A DNA stretch of 64,000 nt. It comes from a virus. Positions 40,423 to 49,187 of this stretch are shown here, one piece after another. The stretch spans positions 29,508 through 93,507 of IMG/VR virus record IMGVR_UViG_3300046665_000589; one strand, given 5' to 3'. The notes beneath the pieces are model-generated. The model was not told the DNA's origin, ran no database searches, and worked only from the letters and a program-made list of their open reading frames with translations. The position numbers were made by a program, and so were the translations under genes. Within the stretch, counting starts at the first letter, position 1; each line of letters begins with the position of its first letter.

Positions 40423-40638
40423 ATGGAAAACATCGACTGGGAACGCCTTTCGGCGAGCGTACTGGCGCCTGAGGCGCTGGAACAGCTGGCCCGGGAGCTT
40501 GGCCTGCCGAAGATCGAGCCAGGACAGGATGTGCACCGGCTGGTCGCCGCCAAAATGTTCAGTGTGGCGTATGACGACGTCACGCCGGAGCAGCGGCGAG
40601 CCGCCAAGATCGCGAACTTCCGTAGCCTGTACCCATGA
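40423..40638 (+). CDS. 71-aa protein carrying an isolated family-A DNA polymerase fingers/motif B segment
   Basis: GQDVHRLVAAKMFSVAYDDVTPEQRRAAKIANFRSLY versus PolA-type G.D.H..TA...FG.....VT.EQRR.AK..NFG..YG; AAGGAG RBS. Confidence 0.7.
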   Translation: MENIDWERLSASVLAPEALEQLARELGLPKIEPGQDVHRLVAAKMFSVAYDDVTPEQRRAAKIANFRSLYP

Positions 40639-41105
40639 CCACCGCCAAGGAGAACCTTATGAACGTTCCGACTATCCGCATCGAGATCGAGCGGATGCGA
40701 CAGACCATGTCAACGATGCTCACCGAGCAGGCGGCGCTGGTCGATGCCGAACTGCAGGCCGCGCTCGACAAGTTCTGCCAGCCTGACAACATCAAGCGCG
40801 TCGTGCAGGAAGCGGCGCACAGTGCGCTCGAAGCTGCGGTCAAGGGTGAGATCAGCAGCTTTTTCAGCTACGGAGGTGCTGGCCGGAAGTCGGTCGCTGC
40901 TGCCGTGCAGGACGGCCTGGCCAAGATGGGCCTGCTCGAGAAGGACATCACCGACGAGGACCTGTGGCGGGCGCTTTCGTGGGCCCAGGATCTGGGCAGT
41001 CTCAAGCCCGATGCGCTGGCCGACGAAGATTACGAACTGGCCAGGCGCCTGTGCAGGCGCCTGGGCATGCCTGAGCCCTTCTGGGTCACGGAGCGGCAGC
41101 CATGA
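40635..41105 (+). CDS. Hypothetical protein
   Basis: Coupled ORF; alternative start at MNVPT with AAGGAG. Confidence 0.6.
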   Translation: MTTAKENLMNVPTIRIEIERMRQTMSTMLTEQAALVDAELQAALDKFCQPDNIKRVVQEAAHSALEAAVKGEISSFFSYGGAGRKSVAAAVQDGLAKMGLLEKDITDEDLWRALSWAQDLGSLKPDALADEDYELARRLCRRLGMPEPFWVTERQP

Positions 41106-41920
41106 TCGACACTAGCTACCCCAAGAAGATCGGCGATCTGATCGCCCGCGGCGCCCTGTTCGTCGAGAACCACAGCGGCGGCAAGGACAGCCAGGCGATG
41201 CACCTGAAGCTGCGCGAGATCGTGCCGAAGGAGCAGCGCGTGATCGTGCACGCCGACCTCGGGCGCGTCGAGTGGGCCGGCGCGCTGGCCCACATCGAGG
41301 CCACCACCGACGGCGAGCCGATCCACGTCTGCCGCGCGCGGCGCGATCTGCTGCAAGTGGTTGGTGAGCGCGGCATGTTTCCGTCGCCGGCGAATCGCTG
41401 GTGTACCTCGGACTTGAAGCGCGGCCCGATCGAGAAGGTGATCCGCCACCTGACCTACGCGCGCAAGGCCGCCGGCCACCCAGCCTGGCACCTGGTCGTG
41501 AACTGCGAAGGCCTGCGCGCCGAGGAGTCGACCAAGCGTAAGAAGATGAAGCCGTTTGTGTTCGATGAGGGCAACAGCAAGGCTGGGCGCGAGTGGTACC
41601 AGTGGCTGCCGGTGCACGAGTGGACCGAGGCCGAGGTGTACGCCACGATCAAGGCCGCCGGCCAGCAGCCGCACATCGTCTACCGCAGGGGCATGAAGCG
41701 CTTCTCGTGCGTGTTTTGCATCTACGCCGACAAGGATAGCCTGACCACCGCGGCGCGGCTGGTGCGCGACGAGCCGCACCTGGTCAACGATCCGAACGTT
41801 TATCGCGACTACTGCGACCACGAGCGCAGCACCGGCCAGGTCATGATCATGCCGTCCAAGCAGCACGGCCGACGCACGCTCGAAGAGATCACTGGCATCC
41901 CGGCCCGGGAGGTCGCATGA
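41102..41920 (+). CDS. PAPS reductase-family (PP-loop, Fe-S) protein
   Basis: HSGGKDS, RWCTSDLK, GLRAEES..R, RFSCVFCI. Confidence 0.85.
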   Translation: MIDTSYPKKIGDLIARGALFVENHSGGKDSQAMHLKLREIVPKEQRVIVHADLGRVEWAGALAHIEATTDGEPIHVCRARRDLLQVVGERGMFPSPANRWCTSDLKRGPIEKVIRHLTYARKAAGHPAWHLVVNCEGLRAEESTKRKKMKPFVFDEGNSKAGREWYQWLPVHEWTEAEVYATIKAAGQQPHIVYRRGMKRFSCVFCIYADKDSLTTAARLVRDEPHLVNDPNVYRDYCDHERSTGQVMIMPSKQHGRRTLEEITGIPAREVA

Positions 41921-42137
41921 AGATCCGCGTCACCATGACCCACGAAGTCGAGGCGCCCGGCTGGGACTTCGCGGTCCAGGCAGTGCTCAAGGCGCCGGTC
42001 GCCCACCTGATCGACTGCCGCGTCAAGGAGCCCGGCAAGCGGCTGGTGCACGTCGCACCGAGCAATGTGCAGCTGGCCCACGAGACGCTGTACAAGGCGT
42101 ACGAATAACCCACCCACCCACCACAAGGAGAAACCCT

Positions 42138-43229
42138 ATGGCTTTGCCACGCCCGGACACCGGGCAAACCACTTTCCTCCAGCGCGTCGACGTCAACGGC
42201 CTCGACCGCTTCTGCTACCGGAGCTGCTACCCAAATCTGTACCCCGGCACACAGGTCGAGCTGCGCGCCCAGCCCTACAACCCGGGCGACTCGAACGCGA
42301 TCGAGGTGCGCTTCGACGGGGCGCAGATCGGATGGGTCCCGCGAGCACAGAACAAGGACCTCGCACGACGCCTGCGCAATGGTCAGAAGCTCGTGGCCAA
42401 GGCCCTCAACGTTTCGCTTGAAACCCTTGAGCTGAACGTGTATGTGGAGCGCGGGGCGGAGCCGGCGACGGTGCAGGCACCGCAGGGGTTGCGGGTGCAC
42501 CTGCAGGAAGGTGAGTCAGGAGGGCTTGCGCGGATCCGGACTTACCCTCCAGCCACGCAGTTCCCGCTGTCGACCACCAGCACTCGTACCTCGGTCTCCG
42601 TGCTGGACCCGGAGACGCGCGAGCAGCAGCTCGCCTGGTTCCGCAAGTCCGACGTCGACGGCCAGCACCTCCCTGTCTGGGAACGCACCGTAGTCGTACG
42701 CACTTCGACCGGCCACTACGTGCTGGTCCCGAAGACCGAGACGTTCTACGCCGCACCTCTCGCAATACCTCGTGACGTACAGGACAGCCTCGCTGCCCGC
42801 ATCAACACCAATTCCATCATCACCACCACCAAGGAAACCACCATGAAAAACCTGACCGCCAACCTGATCGCCACCAACCAGTCCGCCGCCACCCAGGCCG
42901 GCTACCTCGAAGCAGGCCGCATCGCCAACAACCAGATCGTGCGCCTGTCGTCCAAGGCGCTGCCGATGATGGTGCGCGGCTACGCCGACACCCCGGTCGG
43001 CAAGCTCGTGCTGGCCAACGTCGCTCAGCTGGCCGCCAGCCACCTGCGTGCCGGCGACGCCACGCTGGCCCGCCTGACCAATGCGATGACGGTCGCCGCC
43101 TACCAGGAACTGATCCAGACCTTCGACATCGAAGGCTGGCTGAACCAGGTGCTCGAGATGCCGGAGATCAAGCGCGCCGTGTCCAAGCTGGGCGAGGCGC
43201 CGGCCGAGCGCCCAGTCCACAAAGAATAA
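42138..43229 (+). CDS. HIRAN-domain protein in frame with a separately initiated C-terminal protein (ATG 42843)
   Basis: VELRAQPYNPGDSNAIEVRFDGAQIGWVPR; internal AAGGAAACCACCATG. Confidence 0.7.
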   Translation: MALPRPDTGQTTFLQRVDVNGLDRFCYRSCYPNLYPGTQVELRAQPYNPGDSNAIEVRFDGAQIGWVPRAQNKDLARRLRNGQKLVAKALNVSLETLELNVYVERGAEPATVQAPQGLRVHLQEGESGGLARIRTYPPATQFPLSTTSTRTSVSVLDPETREQQLAWFRKSDVDGQHLPVWERTVVVRTSTGHYVLVPKTETFYAAPLAIPRDVQDSLAARINTNSIITTTKETTMKNLTANLIATNQSAATQAGYLEAGRIANNQIVRLSSKALPMMVRGYADTPVGKLVLANVAQLAASHLRAGDATLARLTNAMTVAAYQELIQTFDIEGWLNQVLEMPEIKRAVSKLGEAPAERPVHKE

Positions 43230-43563
43230 GGAGCCTGCCGTGGGCATCGACGAACCTGATCCGCTGCCCCGCCGCCGTCGCCTGGCCTGCCAGTGCGACG
43301 GCGCCGCCGTCGGCCCTTGCCCGGGGCCGCTGAACTGCCCGTACTCCGGCTTTGGGCCGGAGGACCCACCACAAGGAGAAGAGCATGAAGAAGACGAAGA
43401 CTGCGTACCTCAATCCCGACCTGAACAATAAGCCGTTTCCGCTGAGCCAGGTGTTGGCGGACGCCTCGTTCGAGGCATTCCGCTCGTTCGGACACTACAC
43501 GGAAACCCACCCGGCCAAGGGCCGACGCAAGGTGCGCATCACCGTGACGGTGGAGGCAGTCGA

Positions 43564-44157
43564 ATGAAGAAGCTGACCGCGCCAGAACTTGACCTGTGCG
43601 AACGAATCCTTGCAATGGAGGCGAACGGTGCCGGCTGGGAGAATGTAGCCCGGTGCCTTGCCTACCCACCCCTAGCTGATATGCTGATCGAGCGCGCGCT
43701 CAAGACGCCGTACACGCACCTCGAAGGCTGCATGGAGCGCTTCTGGCTCCTGAATCCGTACGATTTCGACGCGCCCAAGGGCGCCCGCGAGCTGCCCAGC
43801 GCACGCATCCACCACATCCTGCGCAAGGACCTCGACCAGTATTGTCACGACCATCCGTGGGACGCGCGTACCGTGATTCTGAAGGGCTGGTACGTCGAGG
43901 AGCGCCTGATGCCCGACGGCAGCCTACAGACCTTCCGGCGTCAGCCGGGCGACACCGCACCGCTCAATTTCGGTGAGTACCACCGCATCGTTGAAGTCTC
44001 GGAAGGAGGCGTATGGACGCTGTTCATCACGTACCGCTACCAGGGCACGTGGGGCTTCCTGGTCGACGGCAAGAAAGTGCCATACCGCGAGTACCTGGCC
44101 AGCCCGAAACCCGGGCGCAGTGGTACGCCCGCCACCACGGCGGCGGCTGGCGCGTAG
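43564..44157 (+). CDS. Cupin-fold phage protein
   Basis: HDHPWD...ILKGWYVEE...YHRI...WTLFIT. Confidence 0.65.
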   Translation: MKKLTAPELDLCERILAMEANGAGWENVARCLAYPPLADMLIERALKTPYTHLEGCMERFWLLNPYDFDAPKGARELPSARIHHILRKDLDQYCHDHPWDARTVILKGWYVEERLMPDGSLQTFRRQPGDTAPLNFGEYHRIVEVSEGGVWTLFITYRYQGTWGFLVDGKKVPYREYLASPKPGRSGTPATTAAAGA

Positions 44158-44687
44158 CCCGCAAGGCCTTCACCTGCATGCAGGCGCTGTGCCTGCGCCG
44201 GGTGGAGGCTGGCACTGAATATTTCGACACCAATCAAACCACAGCTTGGCCCAAGACCAAGCGCATCTGCGCCCAGTGCGCCCAGGAGAAAATATGAGCG
44301 AGAAGGTTTCCCGCGAAATGGTTAAGCGTGCCAGCGAAATCTTGGCACAGAAGCGTCAAGCCGACGAATTTGCCTGCCTGCAGGAGATGACCAAGCTGCT
44401 CGAGTGCCTGGAGGCGCTCGACCAGGCCCTTGGCGAAGAAGAGGCCGAAGCATGAGCCCGCTCCAAATCGAGGCGCTGCTGCGCCTGCACAGCCGCGTCG
44501 ACCCGTTCGAGGGCTACACTCGCGAGCAGCGCTATTCCCCGGCGATGCACGAAGCCTATGCGATGTTCCACCGGTATAGGTTGGTGCAGCCGTGGGTCGA
44601 GATCGGCCTGTGCTGGCCGGCGGCTTCGCGGGAGCGGCTGACTGAGGCCGGCATCGACCTGATCTACCGGCTCGTGACGGTGCAGCC

Positions 44688-45317
44688 ATGACCCTTTACG
44701 AGACTCTGGGCGTCGCACCCGATGCGGACGCCACGACCATCAAGCAGGCGTATCGGCGCAAGGCGATGGAACACCATCCGGACCGTGGCGGCGACAAGGC
44801 AACTGCGGCAGCCATCAACGACGCCTACGCCGTGCTGTCCGACCCGGCGCGCCGCCAGCATTACGACGAGACCGGCAGCACCGACCAGAAGCCAGGCATC
44901 GAGGCGAAGGCGCGCCAGGCGCTGACGCAGCTGATCAACGAGGTGATCGACCACCTTGACAGGGGCGAGGGCGACGACCTGCATGTGCGCGACCCGCTGG
45001 AGGCAGTGCGTGACCAGCTGGACGAGAACGAGCGCACCAACGCCCGCGCGATCAAACAGCTGCAGCGCCGCATCGAGCAGCGTGAGGTGGTGTTAGGGCG
45101 TCTGGTGCGCAAGGGTGGCGACACCTTGCTGCTGGATGCCCTGACCGGAGCCATCGCACACCTGCGTGGGGAAATCGCCAAGGCTGAGCAGCTGCAGGAT
45201 CTGCTCAAGGCGGTGCGCGACCTGCTCGAGGGCTACGACTACAAGGCCGACGCCCCGACGCAGGCCTCCGCGGCGGACTTCGAGCAGATATTCAGGAGCT
45301 TCCGGTTCGGACCTTGA
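44688..45317 (+). CDS. J-domain (DnaJ-like) protein
   Basis: LYETLGV...IKQAYRRKAMEHHPDRGG...INDAYAVLSDP..R..YD; coiled-coil C-terminus. Confidence 0.9.
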   Translation: MTLYETLGVAPDADATTIKQAYRRKAMEHHPDRGGDKATAAAINDAYAVLSDPARRQHYDETGSTDQKPGIEAKARQALTQLINEVIDHLDRGEGDDLHVRDPLEAVRDQLDENERTNARAIKQLQRRIEQREVVLGRLVRKGGDTLLLDALTGAIAHLRGEIAKAEQLQDLLKAVRDLLEGYDYKADAPTQASAADFEQIFRSFRFGP

Positions 45318-45464
45318 TGCCGACCCGCGGTGAAGCCGGCCGCGGCGTGCCGGCAGCATCCGCCACTTGGGGCGCAGGTGCCGCCGGCGCCTGCGCCCCA
45401 CTGTCAGCCAGCTGTTTTTGGCGCGCTGGGAGCACGATCACGCGCCCCGGGATAGGCGAGGCGC

Positions 45465-46049
45465 TCATTGCTGCACCCGGCGCAAGACGATCGTGCGGTC
45501 CAGGATCCGCGACGGTACGCTGGCGGTGGTGGCGCGGAAGGTGATCTCCATCTCCGGGTCGGTACCGCCACCGACGAACACCGTGGTCAGCATGCCGTCG
45601 GCATAGTGCCCGGCGTCGGTCAGGCCACCACTCACCAGGTAGTCGCAGCGGTCGATGGTGTCCGTAATATCCGCCATCACATCGGTCCAGTCGAGCGTGA
45701 CGTCGATCACCGAGTCCGGATCCTTGATTCCGATCGGGCGGGTCGGGTCGGTCAGATCCCAGCCGGGACCGCCCTCGAAGCGGTCAGGGCCGACCAGCAC
45801 CTTGAGGGTGCGGGACTTGGAAGGTACGAAGCTCATAGGTCCTCTCGGAGCAAGTGCGATGGCGGCCGTCCGGCCGGTGGCGGCTGCGGTGCCGGGGCTG
45901 CAGCCAATCGTAAGCGTGTCACTCAGTAGCAAGGTGGCGCGCGCGCCGGCCGCGCCGGCCGTACCGACCGCACAGCTGACGGTCAGGGTGGTGCTCGAGT
46001 CGGTCGACGCACCCAGTGCGTCGTCGCCGATGGGGGCGTCGCCGATCAT
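45465..46049 (-). CDS. Virion accessory/fibre-associated protein
   Basis: KDPDSVIDVTLDW adaptor-like motif; last gene of the inverted cassette. Confidence 0.55.
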   Translation of the reverse strand: MIGDAPIGDDALGASTDSSTTLTVSCAVGTAGAAGARATLLLSDTLTIGCSPGTAAATGRTAAIALAPRGPMSFVPSKSRTLKVLVGPDRFEGGPGWDLTDPTRPIGIKDPDSVIDVTLDWTDVMADITDTIDRCDYLVSGGLTDAGHYADGMLTTVFVGGGTDPEMEITFRATTASVPSRILDRTIVLRRVQQ

Positions 46050-46052
46050 CGC

Positions 46053-48518
46053 TTAGGACAACCCAACGTGGCCGGCAGGCGGCGTGTAGGCGAATGCGGA
46101 TGCACCGAAGTTGGCCGTCCACTTGAAATTGTTGCCATTCACGCTGCACATCGGGAAATAGGTTCCCGACAGGCCTGTGTACGCCACGCCCTGCGATACG
46201 CCGTTCTTGGAGAACGTAACCGTACCGGCGTCCATGTCGAGTGCCACACCGATCACATCGCCCGCGACAAAGGCTGCGCCGTACGGGGCACTCGAGCCCG
46301 ACGTAAATTTCATGCCACTGTAGTAGTAGCCGTTGCCGTTGGCGTCGCCGCCTGGGAAGCTTGCGAGGTTCGCAGCCGCTTTGCCGATACCTGCCATGCA
46401 GGTGTCGCCGGCATTGAGCGTGACCTCCCAGTACCACTTCCCGGCCGACTTTCCGATCGTGGCGCGCGCCGACTGGTGCCCACTGATTCCGGCCGCCCCC
46501 GCCATCGACAGGTTCGCCGCCGACAGGGTAATGTTGGCTCCCTTGTCTGCAGGGTTCCAAGTGGCGAAGACTTGCGCCACTACGGGGGTGACACTGTTCG
46601 ATGCGGCCGACTCGGGGCCGGTGCCGGCGCTGTTGGTCGCCTTGACTTTGGCGTAGACCGCAGTCCCGTTGACCGCAGCGACGGGGATCGGGCTCGACGC
46701 ACCCGAGGCACTGCCGGCCGCCGTGTTGTCCGATACCTTGTACAGCGTTGCGGTGTAGCTGCTGATCGCCGCGCCACCAGTGTTGGCCGGCGCGGTGAAC
46801 GCCACCGACACCGTGCCGTCGCCCGGGGTCGCCGCGCCAATGGTCGGCGCATCCGGTGCGGTCACGACCGGGGCGGCCGTAGTGACGCTGGCGGCGAGCG
46901 CGGTCGAGCGATTCCCGGCGGCGTCGTAGGCGCGTACGCGGAGTTGATACGTAGTCCCGGCCGTGGCCCCGGTTATTGCGCGGCTGGTCACGTTACCCGC
47001 ATCGCTGTACGTGGTGCCGCCGTCGGTGCTCGTTTCGTAGCCGGTGACGGCGACGTTATCCGATGCTGCAGGCCAGTTCATCGTGTAGCCGGTCTGCGTA
47101 ACGCTGCTTGTGGTGAGGCTGCCCGCCATCGTCGGCGCGACCGTGTCAGCCGATGCGGAAGTGGTGACTGCCAGCGAGAGCGGCGTCGAGCGGTTTCCGG
47201 CGGGGTCGTAGGCGCGCACACGGACGTTGTAGACCGTGCCTGCGGTGAGGCCCGCAAACGCCTTGCTCAGCACGCTTCCGGCGTTCGTATAGGTCGCGCC
47301 GCCGTCGATGCTCGTTTCGTAGCCGGTCACGCTGGTGTCGTCGCTTGCCGCCGCCCATGTGACGGTAAAGCCGGTTTGCGTGACGCTCGACGAGGTGAGT
47401 GCGCCGCTCATGGTCGGCGCGGTCGTGTCGGCTGCCGGTGCGGGGGCTGCGGCAGCGGCACCCACCTTCGCGACCGCCAGCCCGGCACGCGTCCCGAGGA
47501 TGCGCACCCCCGGAGCGGTGTAGTGGACGTCGTTGGCAAAGCCAGTCGGGCCGGCCACGAAGACGCAGCGGTCCACCTCGGCGGCGACCTGTTTGTGCGC
47601 GGCGTCGATGGCTGCGTAGTTTGCGTTGGCGGCGATCTTTTCAGGGACCATGCCGTTGATGATGAACCACGAATTCGCGGCGCCAGTGATGCGCGAGCGA
47701 AAACCTGCGATAAGCGCCTTGAGCGCCGTGACGTAGGTGGCCTGCGGGATGTTGTAATTGGCGTCCTGTTCGCCTTGTCCCCATATCACACCGACGACTC
47801 GGGAGTTCGGGTACAGCGCGATTGCGGCGGCATACGCCAGGTTGGTTTGCGTGACCGCCAGTTCGCACAGGTAGCCGCCTGGTGCCCACGGCGGGTTGTT
47901 GGCGACCAGTCCGGTGCTGCCCTCTGCTACCGGCACCAGCAACACGCGGCGGTTACTCGGGATCGAGTTGGCGTAGGCCTTGCCGAACCAAGTGCTCGGA
48001 CCGATCAAGCCGGTACGTGGGCCGTTGTACATCAGCATCGGGTCGGAGCCCGCCACGATCTTGCGGTACGTGTTGGCGTCGGAGTTGGAACCGCCGAACT
48101 GCATCAGGCGCGGGTCGTACACGTCGATGTACTGGTCCCACGGAGGATTGCCCTCCATGTTCGATTGGCCCGCGCACAGTACGATGTCGTAACCCACGTC
48201 GTCGGGGTTGACCAGGCCGCGGCGCAGCGAGCGCCCGCTGGCCACCTCGAACACCATCTTGGTGCCCGCCGCAAGCGTCACATCGCCGTCGTTATTCGAG
48301 CTCGACAGGATTTGGGTGCGGGTCAGCGTGGTGGTAGCAGTCAGCGTGTAGACGCCTTCCAGCCAATTGCCGGCGCCGTCGACGATCACCAGCTCGATGC
48401 CGGTCTCGCCCACCGTATGCCGCTTGGAGAACGGCAGGTAGCCTGACATGGCGCCGCCCAAGCTGATCGTCGCCGACGAGGTGGAGGTGGAGGTCTCTTT
48501 GATGCGTGAATAGGCCAT
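46053..48518 (-). CDS. Putative receptor-binding protein: SGNH acetylesterase (SASA/DUF303-like) + 3 FN3 + SPRY
   Basis: AGQSNM, WGQGEQD and DVHY catalytic motifs; VRAYD.AGNRS FN3 repeats; GKWYWEV...GDVIGVALDMDAGTVTFSKNG SPRY. Confidence 0.8.
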   Translation of the reverse strand: MAYSRIKETSTSTSSATISLGGAMSGYLPFSKRHTVGETGIELVIVDGAGNWLEGVYTLTATTTLTRTQILSSSNNDGDVTLAAGTKMVFEVASGRSLRRGLVNPDDVGYDIVLCAGQSNMEGNPPWDQYIDVYDPRLMQFGGSNSDANTYRKIVAGSDPMLMYNGPRTGLIGPSTWFGKAYANSIPSNRRVLLVPVAEGSTGLVANNPPWAPGGYLCELAVTQTNLAYAAAIALYPNSRVVGVIWGQGEQDANYNIPQATYVTALKALIAGFRSRITGAANSWFIINGMVPEKIAANANYAAIDAAHKQVAAEVDRCVFVAGPTGFANDVHYTAPGVRILGTRAGLAVAKVGAAAAAPAPAADTTAPTMSGALTSSSVTQTGFTVTWAAASDDTSVTGYETSIDGGATYTNAGSVLSKAFAGLTAGTVYNVRVRAYDPAGNRSTPLSLAVTTSASADTVAPTMAGSLTTSSVTQTGYTMNWPAASDNVAVTGYETSTDGGTTYSDAGNVTSRAITGATAGTTYQLRVRAYDAAGNRSTALAASVTTAAPVVTAPDAPTIGAATPGDGTVSVAFTAPANTGGAAISSYTATLYKVSDNTAAGSASGASSPIPVAAVNGTAVYAKVKATNSAGTGPESAASNSVTPVVAQVFATWNPADKGANITLSAANLSMAGAAGISGHQSARATIGKSAGKWYWEVTLNAGDTCMAGIGKAAANLASFPGGDANGNGYYYSGMKFTSGSSAPYGAAFVAGDVIGVALDMDAGTVTFSKNGVSQGVAYTGLSGTYFPMCSVNGNNFKWTANFGASAFAYTPPAGHVGLS

Positions 48519-48533
48519 GCGGGCGCTCCCGGG

Positions 48534-49007
48534 TTACGACGCGGTCAGGGTCAGGATGTCGTTGGTGGCGCCGTTCCAGTCGATTTGTACCTGGCCAGCC
48601 ACCAGCGAGGCGGTTCCCGCCGAGGACAGCTCGACATAGCCAAGGCAACGCTTGTTGGCGTCGGTGTTGTCGAAGATCCAGCCGTAGGCGCCGTTGGTAA
48701 AGCCCGAGGCGTCCTGCGCCAGGGTGAGGATGTCGGCGCGCAGCTTCGGCCCAGTGCGACCCACGTCGGCGAAGGTGACGTTGGTCAGCGTGATAGGCCC
48801 GGTGTAGCTGGTACCTGTGGTCGCCACCTGGTTGGCGGCGGCGTTGGTGGTGCCGGTGCCGCCCCAGTGCGGGACCGCGGTGCCGATGGTCGGCACGACG
48901 GCGTTGGTCGTGATGCCCAGCTTGAGCACGTCCGCGCTCAGGTCGAACTGCTTCTTACCGAGCGCGACTAGCGCATCGGCGAACCATTTGACGTCACCCG
49001 TTGCCAT
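48534..49007 (-). CDS. Virion structural protein (first gene of the inverted cassette)
   Basis: Thr/Gly/Ala-rich beta protein; late-type promoter upstream. Confidence 0.6.
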   Translation of the reverse strand: MATGDVKWFADALVALGKKQFDLSADVLKLGITTNAVVPTIGTAVPHWGGTGTTNAAANQVATTGTSYTGPITLTNVTFADVGRTGPKLRADILTLAQDASGFTNGAYGWIFDNTDANKRCLGYVELSSAGTASLVAGQVQIDWNGATNDILTLTAS

Positions 49008-49036
49008 TATTTAATCTCTCAAGTTGATTTTTCGCA

Positions 49037-49089
49037 AGTCTGGCACGGTTCTTGCCTCATGTAAAGTGCCGCATGGCACGATTATTGCC
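49037..49089. promoter_or_regulatory. Minus-strand late promoter TTTACA-N17-CAGACT plus two plus-strand sigma54-type boxes (49041-49056, 49074-49089)
   Basis: TGGCACG-GTTC-TTGCC and TGGCACG-ATTA-TTGCC. Confidence 0.6.
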
Positions 49090-49123
49090 TATGGTGAAGG
49101 AGTTACAACTCAGAAAAATAGTT

Positions 49124-49152
49124 TTGACACAGCCAAGAAGTTTGCCTACCCT
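49124..49152 (+). promoter_or_regulatory. Replication-module promoter TTGACA-N17-TACCCT with a CAAGAAGTTTG spacer
   Basis: Spacer motif shared with the promoter at 57241. Confidence 0.65.
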
Positions 49153-49187
49153 AGTAGTCCCATTCCTACACCCAAGAGACCATAAAA

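Noticed and set aside
41102-41920. Complete Dnd/Ssp phosphorothioation system
   Set aside because: No partner genes in the window
46880-47430. DGR template/variable repeat pair
   Set aside because: In-frame FN3 duplication, differences not adenine-specific, no reverse transcriptase
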